Assembly: GCA_964016885.1 (NCBI GenBank) | Contig: OZ024744.1 | Span: forward strand, 130,448,001 to 130,512,000 | From: Eledone cirrhosa | Taxonomy: Eukaryota | Direction: 5' to 3' | Length of the DNA stretch: 64,000 bases | Shown: piece after piece, positions 35,730-48,614 of the stretch | Layout of the letters: each line of letters begins with the position of its first letter | Numbering within the stretch: the stretch's first letter is position 1 | The notes under the pieces: generated by a model | Told to the model about the DNA's origin: nothing | What the model saw: the letters and a program-made list of their open reading frames with translations, nothing else | The model's database searches: none | Translations under genes and position numbers: made by a program

Positions 35730-38700
35730 AGTCGGGGTTAAGTTAAGTTGGCGTTAAGTTAAGTTGGCGTTAAGTTAAGTTAGGCTTAACTTAAGTTGGG
35801 GTTCAGTTAAGTTGGGGGTAAGTTAAGTTGGGGTTAAGTTAAGTTAGGGTTAAGTTAAGTTGGGGTTGAGTTAAGTTGGGGTTAATTAAGTGGTGGTTAT
35901 GTTAAGTTGGGGTTAAGTTAAGTTGGGGTTAATTTAAATTGGGGTTAAGTTAACTTTGTGGTTAAGTTAAGTTGGGGTTAAGTTAAGTTGGGGTAAAGTT
36001 GGGGTTGAGTTAAGTTGGGGTTGAGTGAAGTTGGGGTTAAGTTAAGTTGGGGTTAAGTTAAGTTGGGGTTAAGATAAGTCGGGGTTAAGTTAAGTTGTGG
36101 TTGAGTTAAGTTGGGGTTAATTTAAGTTGGGGCTAAGTTAATTTGTGGTTAAGTTAAGTTGTGGTTAAGTTAAGTTGGGGTTAAGTTAAGTTGGGGTTGA
36201 GTTAAGTTGGGGCTAAGTTAATTTGGGGTTAAGTTAAGTTGGGGTTAAGTTAAGTTGGGTTTAAGTTAAGTTGGGGTTAAATTAAGTTGGGGTTAAATTA
36301 AGTTGGGGTTAAGTTAAGTTGGGGGTAAGTTAAGTTGGGGGCAAGTTAAGTTGGGGTTAATTTAAGTTGGGGTTAAATTAAGTTGGGGTTACGTTAAGTT
36401 GGTGTTAAGTTAAGTTGGGGTTAATTTAAGTTGGGGTTAATTAAGTTGGGGTTAAGTTAAGTTGGGGTTAAGGTAAGTTGGGGTTAATTTAAGTTGGGGT
36501 TGAGTTAAGTTGGGGTTAAGTTAAGTTGGGGTTATATTAAGTTGGGGTTAAGTTAAGTTGGGGTTCAGTTAAGTTGGGGTTAAGTTAAGTTGGGGTTAAG
36601 TTAAGTTGAGGTTAAGTTAAGTTGGGGTTAAGTTAAGTTGGTGTTAAGTTAAGTTGGGGCTAAGTTAAGTTGGGGCTGAGTTAAGTTGGGGCTGAGTTAA
36701 GTTGGGGCTAAGTTAAGTTGGGGTTGACTTAAGTTGGGGTTAAGTTGGGGTTAAGTTAAGTTAGGTTTAAGTTAAGTTGGGGTTAAGTTAAGTTGGGGTT
36801 AAGTTAAGTTGGGGTTAAGTTAAGTTGGGGTTAAGTTAAGTTGGGGTTAAGTTAAGTTGGGGTTAAGTTAATTTGTGGTTAAGTTAAGTTGTGGTTAAGT
36901 TAAGTTGGGGTTAAGTTAAGTTGGGGTTAAGTTAAGTCGGGGTTAAGTTAAGTTGGGGTTAAGTTAAGTTGGGGTTAATTTAAGTTGGGGTTAAGTTAAG
37001 TTGGGGTTAAGTTAAGTTGGGGTTAAGTTAAGTCGGGGTTAAGTTAAGTTGGGGTTAAGTTAAGTTGGGGTTAATTTAAGTTGGGGTTAAGTTAAGTTGG
37101 GGTTAAGTTAAGTTGGGGTTAAGTTAAGTTGGGGTTAAGTTAAGTTGGGGATAATTTAAGTTGGGGTTAAGTTAAGTTTGAGTTTAAGTTAAGTTGGGGT
37201 TAAGTTAAGTTGGGGTTAAGTTAAGTTGGGGTTAAGTTAAGTTGGTTAGTTAAGTTGAGTTTAAGTTAAGTTGGGGTTAATTTAAGTTGGGGTTAAGTTA
37301 AGCTGGGGTTAAGTTAAGTTGGGGTTAAGTTAAGTTGGGGTTAATTTAAGTTGGGGTTAAGTTAAGTTGCGGGTAATTTAAGTTGGGGTTAAGTTAAGTT
37401 GGGGTTAAGTTAAGTTGGGGTTAAGTTAAGTTGGGGTTAAGTTAAGTTGGGGTTAAGTTAAGTTGGGGCTAATTTAAGTTGGGGCTGAGTTAAGTTGGGG
37501 TTAAGTTAAGTTGGGGTTAAGTTAAGTTGGGGTTAAGTTAAGTTGGGGTTTATTTAAGTTGGGGTTAAGTTAAGTTGGGGTTCAGTTAAGTTGGGGTTCA
37601 GTTAAGTTGGGGTTAAGTTAAGTTGGGGTTAAGATGGGGTTAAATTACGTTGGAGTTAAGTTAAGTTGGGGTTAAGTTAAGTTGGGGTTAAGTTAAGTTG
37701 GGGTTAAGTTAAGTCGGGGTTAATTTAAGTCGGGGTTAAGTTAAGTTAGGGTTCAGTTAAGTTGGGGTTAAGTTAAGTTGGGGTTGAGTTAAGTTGGGGT
37801 TGAGTTAAATTGGGGTTCAGTTAAGTTGGGGTTGAGTTAAGTTGGTGTTGAGTTAAGTTGGGGTTAAGTTAAATTGGGGTTAAGTTAAGTTGCAGTTAAG
37901 TTAAGTTGAGGTTAAGTTAAGGTGCGGTTAAGTTAAGTTGGGCTTAAGTTAAGTTGGGGCTAAGTTAAGTTGGGGCTCAGTTAAGTTGGGGCTAAGTTAA
38001 GTTGGGGTTAAGTTAAGTTGGGGTTAATTTAAGTTGGGGTTAAGTTAAGTTGGGGTTAAGTTAAGTTGGGGTTAAGTTAAGTTGGGTTTAAGTTAAGTTG
38101 GGGTTAAGTTAAGTTGGGTTTAAGTTAAGTTGGGGTTAAATTAAGTTGGGGTTAAAATAAGTTGGGGTTAAGTTAAGTTGGGGGTAAGTTAAGTTGGGGG
38201 CAAGTTAAGTTGGGGTTAATTTAAGTTGGGGTTAAATTAAGTTGGGGTTACGTTAAGTTGGTGTTAAGTTAAGTTGGGGTTAATTTAAGTTGGGGTTAAT
38301 TAAGTTGGGGTTAAGTTAAGTTGGGGTTAAGTTAAGTTGGGGTTAATTTAAGTTGGGGTTGAGTTAAGTTGGGGTTAAGTTAAGTTGGGGTTATATTAAG
38401 TTGGGGTTAAGTTAAGTTGGGGTTAATTTAAGTTGGGGTTAAGTTAAGTTGGGGTTAAGTTAAGTTGGTGTTAAGTTAAGTTTGGGCTAAGTTAAGTTGG
38501 GGTTGAGTTAAGTTGGGGTTAAGTTGGGGTTAAATTAAGTTAGGTTTAAGTTAAGTTGGGGTTAAGTTAAGTTGGGGTTAAGTTAAGTTGTGGTTAAGTT
38601 AAGTTGGGGTTAAGTTAAGTTGGGGTTAAGTTAAGTCGGGGTTGAGTTAAGTTGGGGTTAAGTTAAGTTGGGGTTAATTTAAGTTGGGGTTAAGTTAAGT

Positions 38701-38787
38701 TGGGGTTAAGTAAAGTTGGGGTTAATTTAAGTTGGGGTTAAGTTAAGTTGGGGTTAAGTTAAGTTGGGGTTAAGTTAAGTTGGGGTT

Positions 38788-38971
38788 AACCCCAACTTAA
38801 CTTAACCCCAACTTCACTCAACCCCAACGTAACTCAACCCCAACTTAACTTAACCCCAACTTCACTCAACCCCAACTTAACTTAACCCCAACTTCACTCA
38901 ACCCCAACTTAAGTCAACCCCAACTTAACTTAACCCCAACTTGACTTAACCCCAACTTAACTTAAGCCCAA
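38788..38971 (-). repeat. Inverted satellite island 13 (184-bp class)
   Basis: Matches island 11 at offset 5231 bp; exit GCCCAAAGTCGGAG. Confidence 0.95.
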
Positions 38972-40785
38972 AGTCGGAGTTAAGTTAAGTTGGCGTTAAG
39001 TTAAGTTAGGCTTAACTTAAGTTGGGGGTAAGTTAAGTTGGGGGTAAGTTAAGTTGGGGTTAAGTTAAGTTGCGGTTAAGTTGGGGTTAAGTTAAGTTAG
39101 GGTTAAGTTAAGTTGGCGTTGAGTTAAGTTGGGGTTAATTAAGTGGTGGTTATGTTAAGTTGGGGTTAATTTAAATTGGGGTGAAGTTAACTTTGTGGTT
39201 AAGTTAAGTTGCAGTTAAGTTAAGTTGAGGTTAAGTTAAGTTGGGGTTAAGTTAAGTTGGGGTTAAGTTAAGTTGGGGCTAAGTTAAGTTGGGGCTAAGT
39301 TAAGTTGGGGCTAAGTTAAGTTGGGGTTAAGTTAAGTTGGGGTTAAGTTAAGTTGGGGTTAAGTTAAGTTGGGGTTAAGTTAAGTTGGTGTTAAGTTAAG
39401 TTGGGGCTAAGTTAAGTTGGGGCTGAGTTAAGTTGGGGCTGAGCTAAGTTGGGATTAAGTTAAGTTGGGGTTGAGTTAAGTTGGGGTTAAGTTAAGTTGG
39501 GGTCAAGTTAAGTTGGGGTTAAGTTGGGGTTAAGTTAAGTTAGGTTTAAGTTAAGTTGGGGTTAAGTTAAGTTGGGGTTAAGTTAAGTTGGGGTTAAGTT
39601 AAGTTGGGGTTAAGTTAAGTTGGGGTTAAGTTAATTTGTGGTTAAGTTAAGTTGGGGTTAAGTTAAGTTGGGGTTAAGTTAAGTCGGGGTTAAGTTAAGT
39701 TGGGGTTAAGTTAAGTTGGGGTTAATTTAAGTTGGGGTTAAGTTAAGTTGGGGTTAAGTTAAGTTGGGGATAATTTAAGTTGGGGTTAAGTTAAGTTTGG
39801 GTTTAAGTTAAGTTGGGGTTAAGTTAAGTTGGGGTTAAGTTAAGTTGGGGTTAAGTTAAGTTGGTTAGTTAAGTTGAGTTTAAGTTAAGTTGGGGTTAAT
39901 TTAAGTTGGGGTTAAGTTAAGCTGGGGTTAAGTTAAGTTGGGGTTAAGTTAAGTTGGGGTTAATTTAAGTTGGGGTTAAGTTAAGTTGCGGGTAATTTAA
40001 GTTGGGGTTAAGTTAAGTTGGGGTTAAGTTAAGTTGGGGTTAAGTTAAGTTGGGGTTAAGTTAAGTTGGGGTTAAGTTAAGTTGGGGCTAATTTAAGTTG
40101 GGGCTGAGTTAAGTTGGGGTTAAGTTAAGTTGGGGTTAAGTTAAGTTGGGGTTAAGTTAAGTTGGGGTTTATTTAAGTTGGGGTTAAGTTAAGTTGGGGT
40201 TCAGTTAAGTTGGGGTTCAGTTAAGTTGGGGTTAAGATGGGGTTAAATTACGTTGGAGTTAAGTTAAGTTGGGGTTAAGTTAAGTTGGGGTTAAGTTAAG
40301 TTGGGGTTAAGTTAAGTCGGGGTTAATTTAAGTCGGGGTTAAGTTAAGTTAGGGTTCAGTTAAGTTGGGGTTAAGTTAAGTTGGGCTTGAGTTAAGTTGG
40401 GGTTGAGTTAAATTAGGGTTGAGTTAAGTTGGGGTTGAGTTAAGTTGGTGTTGAGTTAAGTTGGGGTTAAGTTAAGTTGGGGTTAAGTTAAGTTGCAGTT
40501 AAGTTAAGTTGAGGTTAAGTTAAGGTGCGGTTAAGTTAAGTTGGGCTTAAGTTAAGTTGGGGCTAAGTTAAGTTGGGGCTAAGTTAAGTTGGGGCTAAGT
40601 TAAGTTGGGGTTAAGTTAAGTTGGGGTTAAGTTAAGTCGGGGTTAAGTTAAGTTGGGGTTAAGTTAAGTTGGGGTTAAGTTAAGTTGGGGTTAAGTTAAG
40701 TTGGTTAGTTAAGTTGAGTTTAAGTTAAGTTGGGGTTAATTTAAGTTGGGGTTAAGTTAAGTTGGGGTTAAGTTAAGTTGGGGTT

Positions 40786-40960
40786 AACCCCAACTTAACT
40801 TAACCCCAACTTCACTCAACCCCAACGTAACTCAACCCCAACTTAACTTAACCCCAACTTCACTCAACCCCAACTTAACTTAACCCCAACTTCACTCAAC
40901 CCCAACTTCCAACTTGACTTAACCCCAACTTAACTTAGCCCCAACTTAACTTAAGCCCAA
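40786..40960 (-). repeat. Inverted satellite island 14 (175-bp class)
   Basis: Matches island 12 at offset 5231 bp. Confidence 0.95.
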
Positions 40961-43900
40961 AGTCGGGGTTAAGTTAAGTTGGCGTTAAGTTAAGTTGGCG
41001 TTAAGTTAAGTTAGGCTTAACTTAAGTTGGGGTTCAGTTAAGTTGGGGGTAAGTTAAGTTGGGGTTAAGTTAAGTTAGGGTTAAGTTAAGTTGGGGTTGA
41101 GTTAAGTTGGGGTTAATTAAGTGGTGGTTATGTTAAGTTGGGGTTAAGTTAAGTTGGGGTTAATTTAAATTGGGGTTAAGTTAACTTTGTGGTTAAGTTA
41201 AGTTGGGGTTAAGTTAAGTTGGGGTAAAGTTGGGGTTGAGTTAAGTTGGGGTTGAGTGAAGTTGGGGTTAAGTTAAGTTGGGGTTAAGTTAAGTTGGGGT
41301 TAAGATAAGTCGGGGTTAAGTTAAGTTGTGGTTGAGTTAAGTTGGGGTTAATTTAAGTTGGGGCTAAGTTAATTTGTGGTTAAGTTAAGTTGTGGTTAAG
41401 TTAAGTTGGGGTTAAGTTAAGTTGGGGTTGAGTTAAGTTGGGGCTAAGTTAATTTGGGGTTAAGTTAAGTTGGGGTTAAGTTAAGTTGGGTTTAAGTTAA
41501 GTTGGGGTTAAATTAAGTTGGGGTTAAATTAAGTTGGGGTTAAGTTAAGTTGGGGGTAAGTTAAGTTGGGGGCAAGTTAAGTTGGGGTTAATTTAAGTTG
41601 GGGTTAAATTAAGTTGGGGTTACGTTAAGTTGGTGTTAAGTTAAGTTGGGGTTAATTTAAGTTGGGGTTAATTAAGTTGGGGTTAAGTTAAGTTGGGGTT
41701 AAGTTAAGTTGGGGTTAATTTAAGTTGGGGTTGAGTTAAGTTGGGGTTAAGTTAAGTTGGGGTTATATTAAGTTGGGGTTAAGTTAAGTTGGGGTTCAGT
41801 TAAGTTGGGGTTAAGTTAAGTTGGGGTTAAGTTAAGTTGAGGTTAAGTTAAGTTGGGGTTAAGTTAAGTTGGTGTTAAGTTAAGTTGGGGCTAAGTTAAG
41901 TTGGGGCTGAGTTAAGTTGGGGCTGAGTTAAGTTGGGGCTAAGTTAAGTTGGGGTTGACTTAAGTTGGGGTTAAGTTGGGGTTAAGTTAAGTTAGGTTTA
42001 AGTTAAGTTGGGGTTAAGTTAAGTTGGGGTTAAGTTAAGTTGGGGTTAAGTTAAGTTGGGGTTAAGTTAAGTTGGGGTTAAGTTAAGTTGGGGTTAAGTT
42101 AATTTGTGGTTAAGTTAAGTTGTGGTTAAGTTAAGTTGGGGTTAAGTTAAGTTGGGGTTAAGTTAAGTCGGGGTTAAGTTAAGTTGGGGTTAAGTTAAGT
42201 TGGGGTTAATTTAAGTTGGGGTTAAGTTAAGTTGGGGTTAAGTTAAGTTGGGGTTAAGTTAAGTCGGGGTTAAGTTAAGTTGGGGTTAAGTTAAGTTGGG
42301 GTTAATTTAAGTTGGGGTTAAGTTAAGTTGGGGTTAAGTTAAGTTGGGGTTAAGTTAAGTTGGGGTTAAGTTAAGTTGGGGATAATTTAAGTTGGGGTTA
42401 AGTTAAGTTTGAGTTTAAGTTAAGTTGGGGTTAAGTTAAGTTGGGGTTAAGTTAAGTTGGGGTTAAGTTAAGTTGGTTAGTTAAGTTGAGTTTAAGTTAA
42501 GTTGGGGTTAATTTAAGTTGGGGTTAAGTTAAGCTGGGGTTAAGTTAAGTTGGGGTTAAGTTAAGTTGGGGTTAATTTAAGTTGGGGTTAAGTTAAGTTG
42601 CGGGTAATTTAAGTTGGGGTTAAGTTAAGTTGGGGTTAAGTTAAGTTGGGGTTAAGTTAAGCTGGGGTTAAGTTAAGTTGGGGTTAAGTTAAGTTGGGGC
42701 TAATTTAAGTTGGGGCTGAGTTAAGTTGGGGTTAAGTTAAGTTGGGGTTAAGTTAAGTTGGGGTTAAGTTAAGTTGGGGTTTATTTAAGTTGGGGTTAAG
42801 TTAAGTTGGGGTTCAGTTAAGTTGGGGTTCAGTTAAGTTGGGGTTAAGTTAAGTTGGGGTTAAGATGGGGTTAAATTACGTTGGAGTTAAGTTAAGTTGG
42901 GGTTAAGTTAAGTTGGGGTTAAGTTAAGTTGGGGTTAAGTTAAGTCGGGGTTAATTTAAGTCGGGGTTAAGTTAAGTTAGGGTTCAGTTAAGTTGGGGTT
43001 AAGTTAAGTTGGGGTTGAGTTAAGTTGGGGTTGAGTTAAATTGGGGTTCAGTTAAGTTGGGGTTGAGTTAAGTTGGTGTTGAGTTAAGTTGGGGTTAAGT
43101 TAAATTGGGGTTAAGTTAAGTTGCAGTTAAGTTAAGTTGAGGTTAAGTTAAGGTGCGGTTAAGTTAAGTTGGGCTTAAGTTAAGTTGGGGCTAAGTTAAG
43201 TTGGGGCTCAGTTAAGTTGGGGCTAAGTTAAGTTGGGGTTAAGTTAAGTTGGGGTTAATTTAAGTTGGGGTTAAGTTAAGTTGGGGTTAAGTTAAGTTGG
43301 GGTTAAGTTAAGTTGGGTTTAAGTTAAGTTGGGGTTAAGTTAAGTTGGGTTTAAGTTAAGTTGGGGTTAAATTAAGTTGGGGTTAAAATAAGTTGGGGTT
43401 AAGTTAAGTTGGGGGTAAGTTAAGTTGGGGGCAAGTTAAGTTGGGGTTAATTTAAGTTGGGGTTAAATTAAGTTGGGGTTACGTTAAGTTGGTGTTAAGT
43501 TAAGTTGGGGTTAATTTAAGTTGGGGTTAATTAAGTTGGGGTTAAGTTAAGTTGGGGTTAAGTTAAGTTGGGGTTAATTTAAGTTGGGGTTGAGTTAAGT
43601 TGGGGTTAAGTTAAGTTGGGGTTAATTTAAGTTGGGGTTGAGTTAAGTTGGGGTTAAGTTAAGTTGGGGTTATATTAAGTTGGGGTTAAGTTAAGTTGGG
43701 GTTAATTTAAGTTGGGGTTAAGTTAAGTTGGGGTTAAGTTAAGTTGGTGTTAAGTTAAGTTTGGGCTAAGTTAAGTTGGGGTTGAGTTAAGTTGGGGTTA
43801 AGTTGGGGTTAAATTAAGTTAGGTTTAAGTTAAGTTGGGGTTAAGTTAAGTTGGGGTTAAGTTAAGTTGTGGTTAAGTTAAGTTGGGGTTAAGTTAAGTT

Positions 43901-44782
43901 GGGGTTAAGTTAAGTCGGGGTTGAGTTAAGTTGGGGTTAAGTTAAGTTGGGGTTAATTTAAGTTGGGGTTAAGTTAAGTTGGGGTTAAGTAAAGTTGGGG
44001 TTAAGTTAATTGGGGTTAAGTTAAGTTGGGGTTAAGTTAAGTTGAGGTTAAGTTAAGTTGGGGTTAAATTAAGTTTGGGTTAAGTTAAGTTGGGGTTAAG
44101 TTAAGTTGGGGATAAGTTAAGTTGGGGATAATTTAAGTTGGGGTTAAGTTAAGTTGGGTTTAAGTTAAGTTGGAGTTAAGTTAAGTTGGGGTTAAGTTAA
44201 GTTGGGGTTAAGTTAAGTTGGGGTTAAGTTAAGTTGGGGCTAAGTTAAGTTGGGGCTGAGTTAAGTTGGGGTTAAGTTAAGTTGGGGTTAAGTTAAGTTG
44301 GGGTTAAGTTAAGTTGGGGTTAATTTAAGTTGGGGTTAAGTTAAGTTGCGGGTAATTTAAGTTGGGGTTAAGTTAAGTTGGGGTTAAGTTAAGTTGGGGT
44401 TAAGTTAAGTTGGGGTTAAGTTAAGTTGGGGTTAAGTTAAGTTGGGGCTAATTTAAGTTGGGGCTGAGTTAAGTTGGGGTTAAGTTAAGTTGGGGTTAAG
44501 TTAAGTTGGGGTTAAGTTAAGTTGGGGTTAAGTTAAGTTGGGGTTTATTTAAGTTGGGGTTAAGTTAAGTTGGGGTTCAGTTAAGTTGCAGTTAAGTCAA
44601 GTTGAGGTTAAGTTAAGGTGCGGTTAAGTTAAGTTGGGGTTAATTTAAGTTGGGGTTAAGTTAAGTTGGGGTTAAGTTAAGTTGGTTAGTTAAGTTGAGT
44701 TTAAGTTAAGTTGGGGTTAATTTAAGTTGGGGTTAAGTTAAGTTGGGGTTAAGTTAAGTTGGGGTTAAGTTAAGTTGGGGTT

Positions 44783-44957
44783 AACCCCAACTTAACTTAA
44801 CCCCAACTTCACTCAACCCCAACGTAACTCAACCCCAACTTAACTTAACCCCAACTTCACTCAACCCCAACTTAACTTAACCCCAACTTCACTCAACCCC
44901 AACTTCCAACTTGACTTAACCCCAACTTAACTTAGCCCCAACTTAACTTAAGCCCAA
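44783..44957 (-). repeat. Inverted satellite island 15 (175-bp class)
   Basis: AACTTCCAACTTGAC; standard junctions. Confidence 0.95.
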
Positions 44958-47900
44958 AGTCGGGGTTAAGTTAAGTTGGCGTTAAGTTAAGTTGGCGTTA
45001 AGTTAAGTTAGGCTTAACTTAAGTTGGGGTTCAGTTAAGTTGGGGTTCAGTTAAGTTGGGGGTAAGTTAAGTTGGGGGTAAGTTAAGTTGGGGTTAAGTT
45101 AAGTTGCGGTTAAGTTGGGGTTAAGTTAAGTTAGGGTTAAGTTAAGTTGGGGTTGAGTTAAGTTGGGGTTAATTAAGTGGTGGTTATGTTAAGTTGGGGT
45201 TAAGTTAAGTTGGGGTTAATTTAAATTGGGGTTAAGTTAACTTTGTGGTTAAGTTAAGTTGGGGTTAAGTTAAGTTGGGGTAAAGTTGGGGTTGAGTTAA
45301 GTTGGGGTTGAGTGAAGTTGGGGTTAAGTTAAGTTGGGGTTAAGTTAAGTTGGGGTTAAGATAAGTCGGGGTTAAGTTAAGTTGTGGTTGAGTTAAGTTG
45401 GGGTTAATTTAAGTTGGGGCTAAGTTAATTTGTGGTTAAGTTAAGTTGCGGTTAAGTTAAGTTGGGGTTAAGTTAAGTTGGGGTTGAGTTAAGTTGGGGT
45501 TGAGTTAATTTGGGGTTAAGTTAAGTTGGGGTTAAGTTAAGTTGGGTTTAAGTTAAGTTGGGGTTAAATTAAGTTGGGGTTAAATTAAGTTGGGGTTAAG
45601 TTAAGTTGGGGGTAAGTTAAGTTGGGGGCAAGTTAAGTTGGGGTTAATGTAAGTTGGGGTTAAATTAAGTTGGGGTTACGTTAAGTTGGTGTTAAGTTAA
45701 GTTGGGGTTAATTTAAGTTGGGGTTAATTAAGTTGGGGTTAAGTTAAGTTGGGGTTAAGTTAAGTTGGGGTTAATTTAAGTTGGGGTTGAGTTAAGTTGG
45801 GGTTAAGTTAAGTTGGGGTTATATTAAGTTGGGGTTAAGTTAAGTTGGGGTTCAGTTAAGTTGGGGTTAAGTTAAGTTGGGGTTAAGTTAAGTTGGGGCT
45901 AAGTTAAGTTGGGGCTGAGTTAAGTTGGGGCTGAGTTAAGTTGGGGCTAAGTTAAGTTGGTGTTGAGTTAAGTTGGGGTTAAGTTGGGGTTAAGTTAAGT
46001 TAGGTTTAAGTTAAGTTGGGGTTAAGTTAAGTTGGGGTTACGTTAAGTTGGGGTTAAGTTAAGTTGGGGTTAAGTTAAGTTGGGGTTAAGTTAATTTGTG
46101 GTTAAGTTAAGTTGTGGTTAAGTTAAGTTGGGGTTAAATTAAGTTGGGCTTAAGTTAAGTCGGGGTTAAGTTAAGTTGGGGTTAAGTTAAGTTGGGGTTA
46201 ATTTAAGTTGGGGTTAAGTTAAGTTGGGGTTATGTTAAGTTGGGTTTAAGTTAAGTTGGGGTTAAGTTAAGTTGAGGTTAAGTTAAGTTGGGGTTAAATT
46301 AAGTTGGGGTTAAGTTAAGTTGGGGTTAAGTTAAGTTGGGGTTAAGTTAAGTTGGGGATAAGTTAAGTTGGGGATAATTTAAGTTGGGGTTAAGTTAAGT
46401 TGGGTTTAAGTTAAGTTGGGTTTAAGTTAAGTTGGGGTTAAGTTAAGTTGGGGTTAAGTTAAGTTGGGGTTAAGTTAAGTTGGGGCTAAGTTAAGTTGGG
46501 GCTGAATTAAGTTGGGGTTAAGTTAAATTGGGGTTAAGTTAAGTTGGGGTTAAGTTAAGTTGGGGTTAAGTTAAGTTGGGGTTTATTTAAGTTGGGGTTA
46601 AGTTAAGTTGGGGTTCAGTTAAGTTGGGGTTCAGTTAAATGGGGTTAAGTTAAGTTGGGGTTAAGATGGGGTTAAATTAAGTTGGGGTTAAGTTAAGTTG
46701 GGGTTAAGTTAAGTTGGGGTTAAGCTAAGTTGGGGTTAAGTTAAGTCGGGGTTAAGTTAAGTCGGGGTTAAGTTAAGTTAGGGTTCAGTTAAGTTGGGGT
46801 TAAGTTAAGTTGGGGTTGAGTTAAGTTGGGGTTGAGTTAAGTGGGGGTTAAGTTAAGTTGGGGTTAAGTTAAGTTGCAGTTAAGTTAAGTTGAGGTTAAG
46901 TTAAGGTGCGGTTAAGTTAAGTTGGGCTTAAGTTAAGTTGGGGCTAAGTTAAGTTGGGGCTCAGTTAAGTTGGGGCTAAGTTAAGTTGGGGTTAAGTTAA
47001 GTTGGGGTTAATTTAAGTTGGGGTTAAGTTAAGTTGGGGTTAAGTTAAGTTGGGGTTAAGTTAAGTTGGGTTTAAGTTAAGTTGGGGTTAAGTTATGTTG
47101 GGGTTGAGTTAAGTTGGGGCTGAGTTAATTTGGGGTTAAGTTAAGTTGGGGTTAAGTTAAGTTGGGTTTAAGTTAAGTTGGGGTTAAATTAAGTTGGGGT
47201 TAAAATAAGTTGGGGTTAAGTTAAGTTGGGGGCAAGTTAAGTTGGGGTTAATTTAAGTTGGGGTTAAATTAAGTTGGGGTTACGTTAAGTTGGTGTTAAG
47301 TTAAGTTGGGGTTAATTTAAGTTGGGGTTAATTAAGTTGGGGTTAAGTTAAGTTGGGGTTAAGTTAAGTTGGGGTTAATTTAAGTTGGGGTTGAGTTAAG
47401 TTGGGGTTAAGTTAAGTTGGGGTTATATTAAGTTGGGGTTAAGTTAAGTTGGGGTTAATTTAAGTTGGGGTTAAGTTAAGTTGGGGTTAAGTTAAGTTGG
47501 TGTTAAGTTAAGTTTCGGCTAAGTTAAGTTGGGGTTGAGTTAAGTTGGGGTTAAGTTGGGGTTAAATTAAGTTAGGTTTAAGTTAAGTTGGGGTTAAGTT
47601 AAGTTGGGGTTAAGTTAAGTTGTGGTTAAGTTAAGTTGGGGTTAAGTTAAGTTGGGGTTAAGTTAAGTCGGGGTTGAGTTAAGTTGGGGTTAAGTTAAGT
47701 TGGGGTTAATTTAAGTTGGGGTTAAGTTAAGTTGGGGTTAAGTTAAGTTGGGGTTAAGTTAATTGGGGTTAAGTTAAGTTGGGGTTAAGTTAAGTTGAGG
47801 TTAAGTTAAGTTGGGGTTAAATTAAGTTTGGGTTAAGTTAAGTTGGGGTTAAGTTAAGTTGGGGATAAGTTAAGTTGGGGATAATTTAAGTTGGGGTTAA

Positions 47901-48439
47901 GTTAAGTTGGGTTTAAGTTAAGTTGGGGTTAAGTTAAGTTGGGGTTAAGTTAAGTTGGGGTTAAGTTAAGTTGGGGTTAAGTTAAGTTGGGGCTAAGTTA
48001 AGTTGGGGCTGAGTTAAGTTGGGGTTAAGTTAAGTTGGGGTTAAGTTAAGTTGGGGTTAAGTTAAGTTGGGGTTAATTTAAGTTGGGGTTAAGTTAAGTT
48101 GCGGGTAATTTAAGTTGGGGTTAAGTTAAGTTGGGGTTAAGTTAAGTTGGGGTTAAGTTAAGTTGGGGTTAAGTTAAGTTGGGGTTAAGTTAAGTTGGGG
48201 TTTATTTAAGTTGGGGTTAAGTTAAGTTGGGGTTCAGTTAAGTTGCAGTTAAGTCAAGTTGAGGTTAAGTTAAGGTGCGGTTAAGTTAAGTTGGGGTTAA
48301 TTTAAGTTGGGGTTAAGTTAAGTTGGGGTTAAGTTAAGTTGGTTAGTTAAGTTGAGTTTAAGTTAAGTTGGGGTTAATTTAAGTTGGGGTTAAGTTAAGT
48401 TGGGGTTAAGTTAAGTTGGGGTTAAGTTAAGTTGGGGTT

Positions 48440-48614
48440 AACCCCAACTTAACTTAACCCCAACTTCACTCAACCCCAACGTAACTCAACCCCAACTTAA
48501 CTTAACCCCAACTTCACTCAACCCCAACTCAACTTAACCCCAACTTCACTCAACCCCAACTTCCAACTTGACTTAACCCCAACTTAACTTAGCCCCAACT
48601 TAACTTAAGCCCAA
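48440..48614 (-). repeat. Inverted satellite island 16 (175-bp class)
   Basis: AACTTCCAACTTGAC plus private variant CCCCAACTCAACTTAA. Confidence 0.95.

Larger units (their letters stand above)
33490..44000 (+). repeat. Higher-order tandem duplication, offset 5231 bp, two islands per unit (boundaries approximate)
   Basis: Islands 33557/38788 and 35555/40786 and rare variant TTGACT 36724/41955 are all offset by 5231. Confidence 0.88.
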
